Assembly: GCA_035550735.1 (NCBI GenBank) | Contig: DASZOM010000041.1 | Coordinates: forward strand, 4,216-68,215 | DNA length: 64,000 bases | Source: Acidimicrobiia bacterium | GTDB lineage: Bacteria; Actinomycetota; Acidimicrobiia; Spongiisociales; ZC4RG35 | Direction of reading: 5' to 3' | Shown: piece by piece, positions 55,692-64,000 of the stretch | Numbering within the stretch: the stretch's first letter is position 1 | How the letters are laid out: the number at the start of each line of letters is the position of its first letter | The notes under the pieces: generated by a model | The model's database searches: none | Told to the model about the DNA's origin: nothing | What the model saw: the letters and a program-made list of their open reading frames with translations, nothing else | Position numbers and translations under genes: made by a program

Positions 55692-58082
55692 ATGGATCCC
55701 GAGATCGGCCAGCTCTACCTCGGCGTCGGAGCGGATGGGAACGAGCCCCTGCTCTACGACTCGGCGGATCTCACCACACACGGGGTGATCGTGGGAATGA
55801 CCGGCTCGGGCAAGACCGGTCTCGGCATCGACCTGATCGAGGAGGCGCTCCTATCGGGGATCTCGTGCCTGGTCATCGATCCCAAGGGCGACATGGGAAA
55901 CCTCCTGCTCAACTTCCCCGACCTGCGACCTGCCGACTTCCAGCCGTGGATCGACCCTTCGGCCGCCGAGAGGTCTGGCAAGAGCGTCTCGGAGCTGGCG
56001 GAGGAGACGGCAGCCATGTGGGAGAAGGGCCTGACAGGTCATCGCATCACACCCGAGCGCATGCGCCGGCTGAAAGACAGCGCGGAGATCACGATCTACA
56101 CGCCGGGTTCCGCTGCCGGAGTGGGGCTCGATGTGCTCGGCTCGATGAAGGCCCCGGCGATCGACTGGGCAACCGAGGCCGAGCTGGCCAGGGACGAGAT
56201 CGGATCCCTGGTCTCCTCTCTTCTCGTGTTGGCGGGCATCGAATCCGACCCGGTGTCCGGCCCTGAGCACATCCTGCTGGCGACGATCGTCGAGACGAAC
56301 TGGAGGGATGGTCGGGATCTCGATCTGGCCGCACTCGTGTCCCAGATCCCCAAGCCACCCTTTCGCAAGATGGGAGTCTTCGACATCGACACGTTCTTCC
56401 CCGAGAAGGACCGAATGGCCCTCGCGCTCGAGCTCAACGGGCTGCTCGCCTCACCTTCGTTCGCGGCTTGGATGGAAGGAGTCCCCCTCGAAATCGACAA
56501 GCTGATCGGGGGAGACGAGCCCAAGGCGGCCATCATCTATCTGAGCCACCTCACCGACGAGGAACGCCAGTTCCTCGTGACCCTGCTCTTGGGCAAGACA
56601 GTGACCTGGATCAGATCGCAGCCCGGGACCTCCGAGCTTCGAGCCCTCATCTACATGGACGAAGTCTTCGGATTCGCCCCACCCACCCGCGAGCCTCCGT
56701 CCAAGAAGCCGATCCTGACCATCCTCAAACAGGCCCGCGCCCACGGGGTGGGCATGGTCCTCGCCACCCAGAACCCTGTGGACCTCGACTACAAGGCGAT
56801 GTCGAACGCCGGCACCTGGATGGTGGGACGCCTCCAGACCGAGAACGACAAGCGCCGCATCCTGGAAGGCCTCGCCTCGGTGACGGGTGAAGTGGACATC
56901 TCCGGCGTGGACAAGCAGATCTCGGATCTCGAGAAGCGGCAGTTCGTCCTCCACAGCGCAGGAACCAGCGCACCCCGGCTCTTCTCCACCAGATGGGCGA
57001 TGTCCTATCTGGCCGGGCCGCTCACCCGGGACCAGGTATCCGACCTGATGGCACCGAGACGCCCTGTCTCCTCGCCCGATGAGCCCGCGCCGGTCGTGGA
57101 GCAGGCTCCGCCGCCGCCGATGACCATTCCCACGACGGCGGAGGGCGTGACCTCCTCGTATCTCGACCCGGCTGCCTCCTGGGCAGGTCTCGTGGGAGCG
57201 GATCCCATGTCGACCTCATATCGGGCCGGGGCTGTGGCCACCGCGCAGCTCCTCTACGACGACACCAAGTCCGGGGTCAACCATCAGGAGACGTTCGAGG
57301 CGGTGATCTTCCCGCTCGACGGTGTCCTCGACGCGGGCGAGGTGATCACGGTCGACCACGACGAGCGTGACTTCCTCGAGGAGCCCCCCGACGGCGCGAC
57401 CCATCTCGACACCGATGTCGACCTCGCAGCCAAGTCGTTCTGGAGGGGCCTCGAGAGCGATCTGACCACCCATCTCGTGGGGAATCGGCCGATCACGGTG
57501 TGGCGCAATCCGACACTCGATCTCTATTCCAGAGTGGGCGAGACCCGTGAGGAGTACGAGGCGAGGTGCGCCGCAGCCGCCGAGCAGGCCGCCGACGCCG
57601 ACCTCAGCAAGTTGAAGGACGGCTTCCAGAAACGATTCGACCGTGTCAGGTCGCAGATGGCCGACGCACAGAGCCGCTATCACGAAGCCAACGCGGTGGC
57701 GGCGGCCAAGAGCGAGGAGAACATGCTGGGGACCGCCGGTGATCTGCTCGGGGCATTCCTCGGAGGCCGGTCGAGGTCAGGAGCACTGAAACGTGTGGCG
57801 ACACGTCGCTCGGCGGCGGCCAAGGCCGAGGCCCGCGCCGACAGCGCCGCATCCGACTATCACGCCAAGCAGCAGGAGCTCACGGAGCTGGAGGAGGAGC
57901 TGGCCGCCGAGGTCGCCGAGATCACCGGCCGATACGACACCGCGGCGGCGGAGATCGAAGAGGTCGAGATCCCCTTGGAGAAGTCGGACGTCCGCGTCGC
58001 CGACCTCCGCCTCGTCTGGATCCCCGTGAGCCGAGTCGACGACCTTGCCGGCTCGAGCACTGACGGAGGTGGTTCGGCCTAG
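55692..58082 (+). CDS. HerA/FtsK-superfamily P-loop ATPase with ~300-aa C-terminal coiled-coil-rich extension
   Basis: HerA-like motifs GMTGSGKTG, DPKGD, IYMDEVFGF and MVLATQNPVDLD...VGRLQTEND. Solitary, divergent from the ABC exporter pair. Confidence 0.65.
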   Translation: MDPEIGQLYLGVGADGNEPLLYDSADLTTHGVIVGMTGSGKTGLGIDLIEEALLSGISCLVIDPKGDMGNLLLNFPDLRPADFQPWIDPSAAERSGKSVSELAEETAAMWEKGLTGHRITPERMRRLKDSAEITIYTPGSAAGVGLDVLGSMKAPAIDWATEAELARDEIGSLVSSLLVLAGIESDPVSGPEHILLATIVETNWRDGRDLDLAALVSQIPKPPFRKMGVFDIDTFFPEKDRMALALELNGLLASPSFAAWMEGVPLEIDKLIGGDEPKAAIIYLSHLTDEERQFLVTLLLGKTVTWIRSQPGTSELRALIYMDEVFGFAPPTREPPSKKPILTILKQARAHGVGMVLATQNPVDLDYKAMSNAGTWMVGRLQTENDKRRILEGLASVTGEVDISGVDKQISDLEKRQFVLHSAGTSAPRLFSTRWAMSYLAGPLTRDQVSDLMAPRRPVSSPDEPAPVVEQAPPPPMTIPTTAEGVTSSYLDPAASWAGLVGADPMSTSYRAGAVATAQLLYDDTKSGVNHQETFEAVIFPLDGVLDAGEVITVDHDERDFLEEPPDGATHLDTDVDLAAKSFWRGLESDLTTHLVGNRPITVWRNPTLDLYSRVGETREEYEARCAAAAEQAADADLSKLKDGFQKRFDRVRSQMADAQSRYHEANAVAAAKSEENMLGTAGDLLGAFLGGRSRSGALKRVATRRSAAAKAEARADSAASDYHAKQQELTELEEELAAEVAEITGRYDTAAAEIEEVEIPLEKSDVRVADLRLVWIPVSRVDDLAGSSTDGGGSA

Positions 58083-58453
58083 ACCGTGTCCACCAGCGCC
58101 CGGAGCAGGTCGCGGATGGAGACCACACCCAAAAGCTCGCCGTCATCTCCCACCACGGGAAGGTGTCGGTAGCCGGACTCGGCGATCCAGGCCGCGGCGT
58201 CCCAGACATCGAGGTCCGGGTCGAAGGTGTCGGGCTCGTCGCTCATCAGCTTCGACACCGCCGTGTCCAGGTCGATGCCCTCGGCGAGGGCGCGACGGAT
58301 GTCCCGCTCGGTGAAGAGCCCCAGGAGCGTGAGCCCCTCGACGACGGCAAGCGAGCCGAGGTCGGAGTCCTGCATCGCACCCGCCGCCTCGAGCAGCGTC
58401 GTGTCCGGCCCGCACACATACGGGGCATCCCCGACGAGTTCTCCGAGTCGCAT
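58079..58453 (-). CDS. CBS domain pair protein
   Basis: Two CBS motifs (VVEGLTLLGLFTERDI; HLPVVGDDGELLGVVSIRDL). Confidence 0.7.
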   Translation of the reverse strand: MRLGELVGDAPYVCGPDTTLLEAAGAMQDSDLGSLAVVEGLTLLGLFTERDIRRALAEGIDLDTAVSKLMSDEPDTFDPDLDVWDAAAWIAESGYRHLPVVGDDGELLGVVSIRDLLRALVDTV

Positions 58454-58540
58454 CGCGATCAAGCTAACCCCTCCTGGGGACATGAAAAGCGATGAGCCCG
58501 CCGGGCGGCGGGCTCATCGCGAGGAGGGGTCCCTTCTTGC

Positions 58541-59530
58541 CTAGACGAGGTCTGCCTCACGGATTCCGAAAGAAGGGTGGCGAAGCCGGCACAGAGCCAG
58601 CTTCTCCAGTTGTCGGATCCGCTCCCGGGTGAGGTTGAACTCGTCCCCGATCTCCTCCAGGGTGCGAGGCACCCCGTCGAAGAAGCCGTAACGAAGCGCG
58701 AGGATCCGGCCCTCGCGCTCGGGAAGCCGGTCGATGGACTGGCGCAGCGAGTTGGCGACGTCCATCTCCTCGGTCATCTGCACCGGGTCGGCGGCATCCT
58801 CATCCTCGATGAAGTCGCCGAGTTGGGCGCCGTCCTCGCCGATCGGCTGCTCGAGGGAGACGGTGTCGGCCACCGACAGTGCCAGCTCGACCTTGTCCAC
58901 GGTGACCCCCGCCTCCTCGGCGATCTCGTCGGGCCGTGGGTCACGACCCAGCTCGGCCTTGAGCGACGCCTGTGCGGCCCGCACCGCGGCGAGCGTGTCG
59001 TGCAGGTGCACGGGGATCCTCACCGTGCGGGACTTGTCGGCGATGGCACGTGTGATCGCCTGACGGATCCACCACGTGGCGTATGTGGAGAACTTGAAGC
59101 CCTTGCGCCAGTCGAACTTCTCGACGGCCCGGATCAGGCCGAGATTGCCCTCCTGTATCAGGTCGAGGAAGTCGATGCCCGAGGTGTTCGCATAGCGGCG
59201 GGCATTGGCCACCACGAGCCGGAGGTTGGCGGTGAGGAAGTCGTCCTTCGCCTGGGCGCCGCGGCGGGCGACACGCTTCAGCTCCATCTCCTCCCGCTTG
59301 CCCGAGTAGGCGCCATCCTCGAGCTTCTCCGCGGCCTCCTCGCCGGCCTCGATCTTCTGGGCGAGCTCGACTTCCTGCTCCGCGGTCAACAGGTCGTACT
59401 CACCTATGGCGGTCAGGTACTGGGAGACCAGGTCAGTGGTCAGCCGACCTCTCTCGTCGGTCAGCTTGGACTGAAGACGCGAACGACGCGGCTTGTCGGT
59501 CTTGTCCTTACGCGTTTCGATAGCGGCCAT
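58541..59530 (-). CDS. RNA polymerase sigma factor, group 1/2 (RpoD/SigB-like)
   Basis: Regions 2.x ([18 protein letters not shown]...[10 protein letters not shown]), 3 and 4.2 ([20 protein letters not shown]). ATG at 59530. Confidence 0.9.
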   Translation of the reverse strand: MAAIETRKDKTDKPRRSRLQSKLTDERGRLTTDLVSQYLTAIGEYDLLTAEQEVELAQKIEAGEEAAEKLEDGAYSGKREEMELKRVARRGAQAKDDFLTANLRLVVANARRYANTSGIDFLDLIQEGNLGLIRAVEKFDWRKGFKFSTYATWWIRQAITRAIADKSRTVRIPVHLHDTLAAVRAAQASLKAELGRDPRPDEIAEEAGVTVDKVELALSVADTVSLEQPIGEDGAQLGDFIEDEDAADPVQMTEEMDVANSLRQSIDRLPEREGRILALRYGFFDGVPRTLEEIGDEFNLTRERIRQLEKLALCRLRHPSFGIREADLV

Positions 59531-59725
59531 AGGTGATTCCCGTGTCCTCCAACGGGCTTGGGTCGATGGGGAAGGCGACCCGGCGTCCAACTATACGCAT
59601 CGGGAGGGGCTTGTGAACCCCCCTCTTTTCCACAACGCTATGACGTCGGCGCAGACTCCCCGGTTCCTGCCCGCGGTAGCTCCACTGGCCGGAAGTCTAC
59701 TCCGACCGCTGGATTCCCGACCGGG

Positions 59726-60550
59726 TCAGCCCGCCAGAGGCACCGACAACGGGCTGAACACCCGCACTCCGTCCTCGGTGACGACCTTGCCGATGCCCGG
59801 CATGGGGTAGTGCCCGGCGAGGAACCGGGTCTCCGTGTCCTGGATCGACTCGAAGACCGACTCGCGAAAGCTGCCGGCGAGCTGGTGGTCGTTGTCCACC
59901 GGCAGGCTCCAGTAGGGATGCTCCACCTGGAAGGGATGGTTGCTCAGGTCACCACCGATGAGGGTGGAGGTGCCATCCGATTCGACACCCACGCTGACGT
60001 GCCCGGGAGTGTGCCCGAACGACTCCCGGACCGTCACACCGGGGAAGATCTCGATGGCCCGATCGATGAAGTCGACTGCTCCGGTGTCGAGCAATGGCTC
60101 CATCACCCGTCGTGCGATCTTCCCGAACTCACCCTCCGCCTCCTTCCAGAACTCCCACTCCTCGACGTGGAACACGTGGCGTGCGTTGGGAAAGACGACT
60201 TCGCCTCCGCGATGGATCCCACCGATGTGGTCGTAGTGCATGTGGGAGTAGACGACGGTCTCCACCGACTCTCTGGGGACTCCCAGGGCGTCGACCGCGG
60301 CGGGCATCAACCCCGCGGTCATGTCCTGGCTTCCGAGCTCGCCGATGCCGGAATCCACCATGAACGTGTGCTCCCCGTCGGTGAGGAGGAAGCAGCCGAA
60401 GTTCATCCTGGCTAGTCCCTCTTCGTTGCGGGTGTGGAAACGCCAGTCCTGCTCGGTCGATTCGGCGTGGTACACGCCGGGGTCACGCCAGTAATAGGCG
60501 TCCTCGATGATGTAGAGCGTGTATTTGCCACAGCCGAGCTCCCAGGTCAT
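59726..60550 (-). CDS. MBL-fold metallo-hydrolase
   Basis: HxHxDH (SHMHYDHIGG) and downstream His/Asp ligands. Confidence 0.75.
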   Translation of the reverse strand: MTWELGCGKYTLYIIEDAYYWRDPGVYHAESTEQDWRFHTRNEEGLARMNFGCFLLTDGEHTFMVDSGIGELGSQDMTAGLMPAAVDALGVPRESVETVVYSHMHYDHIGGIHRGGEVVFPNARHVFHVEEWEFWKEAEGEFGKIARRVMEPLLDTGAVDFIDRAIEIFPGVTVRESFGHTPGHVSVGVESDGTSTLIGGDLSNHPFQVEHPYWSLPVDNDHQLAGSFRESVFESIQDTETRFLAGHYPMPGIGKVVTEDGVRVFSPLSVPLAG

Positions 60551-60575
60551 GCCGCCGATGATGCCAGAGAAGGGC

Positions 60576-61076
60576 TCAGTCGGAGGTGGAGCCGAGATGG
60601 TCCCGTGGCTGCAGCACCTCGACGACACGGCCCCGCCGCTCCGTGAGCGCGGGCCAGTCGTCGAATCCGAACTCGATGATGGCCACGGTCGCCGTCTTCA
60701 TCTCGACCCGCTGACCGCTGAGCGCGGCCACCAGCATCGACCACGTCGGCTGATGCCCGACCAGCATGAGACGTTGCACCGGCGGTGCCGATGAGGCGAC
60801 CTCGATGACCTCGGCCACGCCCGACCCGTAGAAGGCCGGGTCCAGGACCAGGCGGGCATCCCAGCCACCGCTCTCGATGGCGATCTCGGCGGTGCGACGG
60901 GCCCGGTGCGCGGTCGAGGAGATGACGAGCTCCGGCACCAGGTCCTCCCTGGCCAGCAGCTCGCCCATCACCCGGGCGCTGCGCACTCCGCGGTCGTTGA
61001 GAGGACGGTCGTGATCGGAGCCGTGGTCGGCCGACCAGTCCGACTTGGCGTGACGCATGACAAGAAGCGTCTTCAA
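60576..61076 (-). CDS. histidine phosphatase family protein (SixA-like)
   Basis: RHAKS...H motif and small size. Confidence 0.75.
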   Translation of the reverse strand: MKTLLVMRHAKSDWSADHGSDHDRPLNDRGVRSARVMGELLAREDLVPELVISSTAHRARRTAEIAIESGGWDARLVLDPAFYGSGVAEVIEVASSAPPVQRLMLVGHQPTWSMLVAALSGQRVEMKTATVAIIEFGFDDWPALTERRGRVVEVLQPRDHLGSTSD

Positions 61077-61112
61077 GCCGGCCCGGACCTCGGGTCGTGG
61101 CGGCCCTCTCGA

Positions 61113-61823
61113 TCAGATGCCGAGCTCGGCACGCAGCTCGTCGAGCTTGGCGTTGGCCTCCGACATGTTGATCTCCTTGCGCAGCTCCGCCTCGGCGCCT
61201 TCCGGTGTCGCCTCGTGGAGCTCGGCCTTGGCCATTGCCTCGGCCTTTCGCATCTCGATCTTGTCCTCGACGGCTGCCAGATCCGGCCCCTCGTCGCCCA
61301 CGGTCGCCGACATCGACTCCACGGCGTTGTTGACGGCCTCCTGCATCTTGGCCTGCTCCAGAGTCCCCAGCATCTCGAGCCGCCGTGCCGCCAGCTCCTG
61401 GACCTTCATCGCGTTCGTCTGCACCGCCTCTTTCGCCTGCTCTGCCTGGGTCACCGCCATCTCGAACTGACCCTTGAGCGACTCGAGGTTGTTCTCCGAT
61501 GCCTGGAGCTTCATGGCGAGGCTCTGTGCCGCCTGGGTCCACTTGCCCACCCCGGCCTGATCGCCTCTGGCTTTTGATTCCTCGGCTTTGAGCAACGCCT
61601 GCTTGGCCATCTCCCGTCCCTCACCAACCGCCTCTGCGGCACGCTCGATCTGCGACTCGAGCTGGGTTTTGTGAGCGATCACCTTGGCGGCCTGGTTTCG
61701 AAGGTCCTGGTCCCTCCGCTTCGCCTCGTCGATGGCCGACTGGATCTCGATCTCCGGGTCCATCATCTCCTCGGCCGTGGACTTGAACCACGACCTGAAG
61801 TAGGCGATCAAACGCTTGAACAT
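61113..61823 (-). CDS. pspA: PspA/IM30 family protein
   Basis: Start MFKRLIAYFRS; long coiled-coil typical of PspA/Vipp1. Confidence 0.85.
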   Translation of the reverse strand: MFKRLIAYFRSWFKSTAEEMMDPEIEIQSAIDEAKRRDQDLRNQAAKVIAHKTQLESQIERAAEAVGEGREMAKQALLKAEESKARGDQAGVGKWTQAAQSLAMKLQASENNLESLKGQFEMAVTQAEQAKEAVQTNAMKVQELAARRLEMLGTLEQAKMQEAVNNAVESMSATVGDEGPDLAAVEDKIEMRKAEAMAKAELHEATPEGAEAELRKEINMSEANAKLDELRAELGI

Positions 61824-61907
61824 CCTCGATCTCCTTTCGAGCGTCCCATGAGGGTTCGGCTGGGTGTGCAAGAGCTCACGGGACGGATGCGAGTGTAGGT
61901 GGAGCGA

Positions 61908-63044
61908 TCATCCTCGCCGCCCGCCGCCCCGGATTCGGCCGCCACCGAATCGGCCCCCGCCGCCTCGGATCCGGCCCCCGCCGCCACCACCGAATCGCCC
62001 CCCGCCTCCCCATCCCCCCATCGGACCGCCGAAGCCACCAGGGCCACGCATGCCTCCCATCGCCATCATGGTCATGAGCACGGTGAGCAGATCGTTCGAG
62101 CCCGAGCTGTGTCGCTCCGGGCGACGGTCGTAGTCGGGCGCCGGTGGGATGGTTCCCTGACCCGGGGATGGGATGCCCTGGCCCGGCGGTGGAGGGGGCA
62201 CCACCGGCTCTGCCGACACCGGCTTGGGTTTCTCCGGCTTCGGTTTCCCGTCGAGCAGCGCCTCGGCGCAGTCGAGCTCCCAGATCGCCAGGTCGAGCTC
62301 CTCTGAGACCTCGAGCATCGCAGGCAAGGTCGCCGCCTTCTCGGTGTCCTCGATGGCGCGGCTGTACATGGCAGACGCCCGTTGGTAGTGCTCTTTGACC
62401 TCCTGATTCTCTGAGAGTGCCACCTCGGTCTCCATCTCCAGGATGTCGTTGGCCACATCGTCGAGCTTGGCCTTGGCGAGACGCTTCACCTCCTCGAGAC
62501 GCCCGGTGGCACGCTCCTTCTGCCTCCGGCTGCCCATGACCGCCCAGATGACCACGGCCACGCCCCCGACGAGGAGGATCCAACCCCAGGGGAGCCCACC
62601 GGAGTCCTGGCTCGGTGGGGGGCCTTCTCCCCCGGCCTCGCCGGTGAGGCTGTCGATGAAGATCTCGACCACCGCGTCGTCACTGCCCCCGTTCAAGGAG
62701 TCATCGATCGCCGAGTTCATCTCATCGGCAGTCCAAAGGGACCCGTCCCCCGCGAAGCCAACCGTCTCCGGCGCCACCGTCACCACGTATCCGGCCCCAC
62801 CGAGCAGGTCGAGCATCGAGTCGGAGAACGTCGTCGCCCCGCCGGAGGGCTCCTCGGCGAGGACCACGATGTAGAGCCTGCCCCCGTCGGCACGACCGTC
62901 GAAGACGGCATCACTCACCACCTGCTCGCTCGCCGACGACCCGGGCTCGATGTAGAAGCCATCACGCTCCAGACCGGAGAGGGCGTCCTCCGGGGTGGCC
63001 GCGATCAGGGTGACGAGGGCGAGGACAGCGAGCAGCCGATTCAT
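61908..63044 (-). CDS. PspA-adjacent membrane protein: signal peptide, extracytoplasmic domain, TM, cytoplasmic coiled coil, Gly/Arg-rich (GGRFGGG) C-terminal tail
   Basis: MNRLLAVLALVTLIAA signal, TM WGWILLVGGVAVVIWAV, and tail GGRFGGGGGGRIRGGGGRFGGGRIRGGG. Confidence 0.55.
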   Translation of the reverse strand: MNRLLAVLALVTLIAATPEDALSGLERDGFYIEPGSSASEQVVSDAVFDGRADGGRLYIVVLAEEPSGGATTFSDSMLDLLGGAGYVVTVAPETVGFAGDGSLWTADEMNSAIDDSLNGGSDDAVVEIFIDSLTGEAGGEGPPPSQDSGGLPWGWILLVGGVAVVIWAVMGSRRQKERATGRLEEVKRLAKAKLDDVANDILEMETEVALSENQEVKEHYQRASAMYSRAIEDTEKAATLPAMLEVSEELDLAIWELDCAEALLDGKPKPEKPKPVSAEPVVPPPPPGQGIPSPGQGTIPPAPDYDRRPERHSSGSNDLLTVLMTMMAMGGMRGPGGFGGPMGGWGGGGRFGGGGGGRIRGGGGRFGGGRIRGGGRRG

Positions 63045-63128
63045 GTGTCACCGAGCGTACCGAGCACCGTGAGAACCGATGACGGCGCATCCGAGAGAGG
63101 CCGACCGTGGAAGTAACTTCGGTCTCTG

Positions 63129-64000
63129 ATGACGAATCGTCTAGCCGCAGCGACGTCTCCCTACCTCCTCCAGCACAAGGACAACCCGGTGGATTGGTGG
63201 GAGTGGGGGCCGGACGCCTTCGCCGAGGCACGGCGTCGTGACGTGCCGATCTTGCTCAGCGTGGGCTACGCCGCCTGTCACTGGTGCCATGTGATGGCAC
63301 ACGAGTCGTTCGAGGACGAAGCGACCGCTGGGGCCATGAACAAGCGCTACGTGAACATCAAGGTCGACCGGGAGGAGCGGCCCGACGTCGACTCCATCTA
63401 CATGGAGGCGGTGCAGGCGATGACAGGCCAAGGGGGATGGCCGATGACGGTCTGGATCGACCACGAAGGGCGCCCGTTCTACGCCGGGACCTACTTCCCC
63501 AACCGCCCGCTCCACGGCATGCCCGCCTTCGCCGAGGTGATGGAGGCGGTCAGCGCGGCGTGGGAGCATCGTCGTGACGATGTGGCAGAGCAGGCCTCCC
63601 GGCTGGTCTCCGCGATCTCCAGGGACCTCCCTGCCGGAGAGGCACCGGGTGAGGAGGTGCTGCGCGCCGCCTATGGGCAGATCGAATCGTCGTTCGACCC
63701 GGTCCACGGCGGGTTCGGCGGGCCGCCCAAGTTCCCCCAGCAGCCGATGCTCGAGTTCCTGCTGCGGGTTCACGACGAGGCATGGGCTCCCCGAGCGGGT
63801 GCGATGGTGGTCAAGAGCCTCGAGGGGATGGCCTCCGGGGGGATCCACGACCAGATCGGCGGTGGATTCGCCCGCTATTCGGTCGACACCCACTGGCTGG
63901 TCCCCCATTTCGAGAAGATGCTCTACGACAACGCCCAACTCGCCCGTCTCTACCTCTGGGCCGGGATCGAGCTCGACCGCCCCGACTTCCTCGACGTCGC
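63129..64000 (+). CDS. thioredoxin-domain-containing protein (DUF255/YyaL family), 5' partial; continues beyond window end
   Basis: [27 protein letters not shown]...[19 protein letters not shown] (CxxC in thioredoxin fold). Not in the ORF table because no stop lies within the window. Confidence 0.8.
   Translation, partial: MTNRLAAATSPYLLQHKDNPVDWWEWGPDAFAEARRRDVPILLSVGYAACHWCHVMAHESFEDEATAGAMNKRYVNIKVDREERPDVDSIYMEAVQAMTGQGGWPMTVWIDHEGRPFYAGTYFPNRPLHGMPAFAEVMEAVSAAWEHRRDDVAEQASRLVSAISRDLPAGEAPGEEVLRAAYGQIESSFDPVHGGFGGPPKFPQQPMLEFLLRVHDEAWAPRAGAMVVKSLEGMASGGIHDQIGGGFARYSVDTHWLVPHFEKMLYDNAQLARLYLWAGIELDRPDFLDV

Noticed and set aside
60547-61542. 331-aa minus-strand ORF
   Set aside because: Alternate frame overlapping the SixA-like and PspA genes; extreme Arg/Gly content.
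61864-62133. 89-aa plus-strand ORF rich in PPPP/RIRPPP
   Set aside because: Mirror-image translation of the Gly/Arg-rich tail coding region on the opposite strand.

Overview
This is a high-GC (~70%) actinobacterial chromosomal segment, compact and mostly housekeeping. Many genes overlap by 1-4 nt, and the Thr/Pro-rich linkers plus a SigR-RsrA pair fit Acidimicrobiia or a related actinobacterial class. Gene order closely follows the M. tuberculosis Rv3585-Rv3661 region: disA-radA, BMP-family ABC transporter, clpC, lysS-panC, folK-folB-folP-folE, ftsH-hpt-tilS, sigma/anti-sigma, tmk-holB, topA, phoH2, PolX and a complete tad/Flp pilus locus. About 73 real CDS, one tRNA-Thr(CGT), two copies of a ~49-bp nested-hairpin (REP-like) element and several regulatory hairpins and palindromes are supported. 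Most of the other long six-frame ORFs are antisense or run-on artefacts of the GC content.

The most unusual features are:
- A 1.4-kb insertion between folE and ftsH carrying a TGACA-repeat operator array, a translationally coupled 27-aa leader ORF, an RHH-domain protein and a DUF4097 'toastrack' protein.
- A 241-aa Flp-prepilin-like protein with a Thr-rich linker and a globular C-terminal domain, located far from the tad locus.
- A solitary ~800-aa HerA-like ATPase.
- A FolK fused to an ICMT-like membrane methyltransferase domain, and a Cys-less DSP-fold pseudo-phosphatase inside the folate operon.
- A Shine-Dalgarno-sequestering hairpin in front of phoH2.
- A long inverted repeat in the radA-disA spacer.

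No CRISPR array, IS element or prophage was detected.
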